In this document: piece by piece, positions 44,138 through 44,433 of the stretch
Layout: each line of letters opens with the position of its first letter
Numbering within the stretch: the stretch's first letter is position 1
Assembly: GCA_041746255.1 (NCBI GenBank)
Contig: JBGTHM010000110.1
Location: 1-44,433, forward strand
DNA: 44,433 bases
Source: Fibrobacteria bacterium
Lineage (GTDB): Bacteria > Fibrobacterota > Fibrobacteria > UBA11236
Reading direction: 5' to 3'
Notes under the pieces: model-generated
Seen by the model: the letters and a program-made list of their open reading frames with translations, nothing else
What the model was told of the DNA's origin: nothing
Databases searched by the model: none
Program-made: the position numbers and the translations under genes

Positions 44138-44433
44138 TCACTGGGTAATAATATGTATCGGTTTGACCAAGCTCGAATGTTCAGCGGTTACAGTCACAAA
44201 ATACTGACCGGTAACGACGTTTCTGGCGCTCATACTCCAATGCGTTCGCTTGTCTCCTCCGGTTATTTCAGTCAGTCGCTTGGTTGCGATCAGGCCGCCT
44301 TTGGCATTGAACATTGAGAGAGTCACCTTACTCGCCCGGTTCAGGTGGTATTGTAAAACCAACTGGCTGCCATTTTGCTTCAATCGGAGGTTTTTTAAAG
44401 TCACCACGTCATAATCAAGCACCCTTGATTTTA
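44138..44433 (-). CDS. 3' end of a partial CDS with T9SS-type/FlgD-Ig-like C-terminal sorting domain
   Basis: Frame is open to the window edge; LQYHL...VTLSMFNAKGGLI...W...TGQYFVTV...KPIHI pattern. Confidence 0.7.
   Translation of the reverse strand, partial: KSRVLDYDVVTLKNLRLKQNGSQLVLQYHLNRASKVTLSMFNAKGGLIATKRLTEITGGDKRTHWSMSARNVVTGQYFVTVTAEHSSLVKPIHIITQ

Noticed and set aside
1..44433. Mobile elements, prophage, CRISPR array, reverse transcriptase/DGR
   Set aside because: No integrase, transposase, RT, phage structural gene or regularly spaced repeat was seen by eye.

Overview
Chromosomal window from a diderm (Gram-negative) bacterium, most likely Fibrobacterota. This is inferred from a TIGR02147/DUF4423-family gene, a T9SS-like C-terminal sorting domain, and the use of Shine-Dalgarno RBSs. 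No rRNA, tRNA, CRISPR array, integrase or transposase is evident. Contents in order: transketolase; a LolA-like/MacB-FtsX ABC/outer-membrane-barrel cassette; an ~11 kb block of stress- and sugar-related genes (GT4 glycosyltransferase, a HAD-phosphatase/P-loop-ATPase fusion with a DUF5752-like tail, ABC exporter, membrane proteins, an uncharacterised conserved protein, DedA, His-motif lipoprotein, NAD(P)H-binding protein, GH15); and a TIGR02147-headed operon with two exported beta-helix proteins. Housekeeping and accessory genes follow: glmS, glmM, dsbD, rimO, SPOR lipoprotein, rpsU, a REC-GHKL regulator, a compact UvrD-type helicase lacking subdomain 2B, plsC, lipA, a porin, a YkuD-like/PG-binding protein, Hsp20 with a sigma54-type promoter, cysC-cysN-cysD, a TIM-barrel protein, an OM barrel and a partial CTD-bearing gene. 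The best candidates for undescribed biology are the GT4 + HAD/ATPase module, the TIGR02147-lipoprotein-beta-helix operon and the natural delta-2B helicase. All family assignments come from motif recognition, not database searches. Several starts were moved downstream of the ORF track, to the start supported by an RBS or the family N-terminus.
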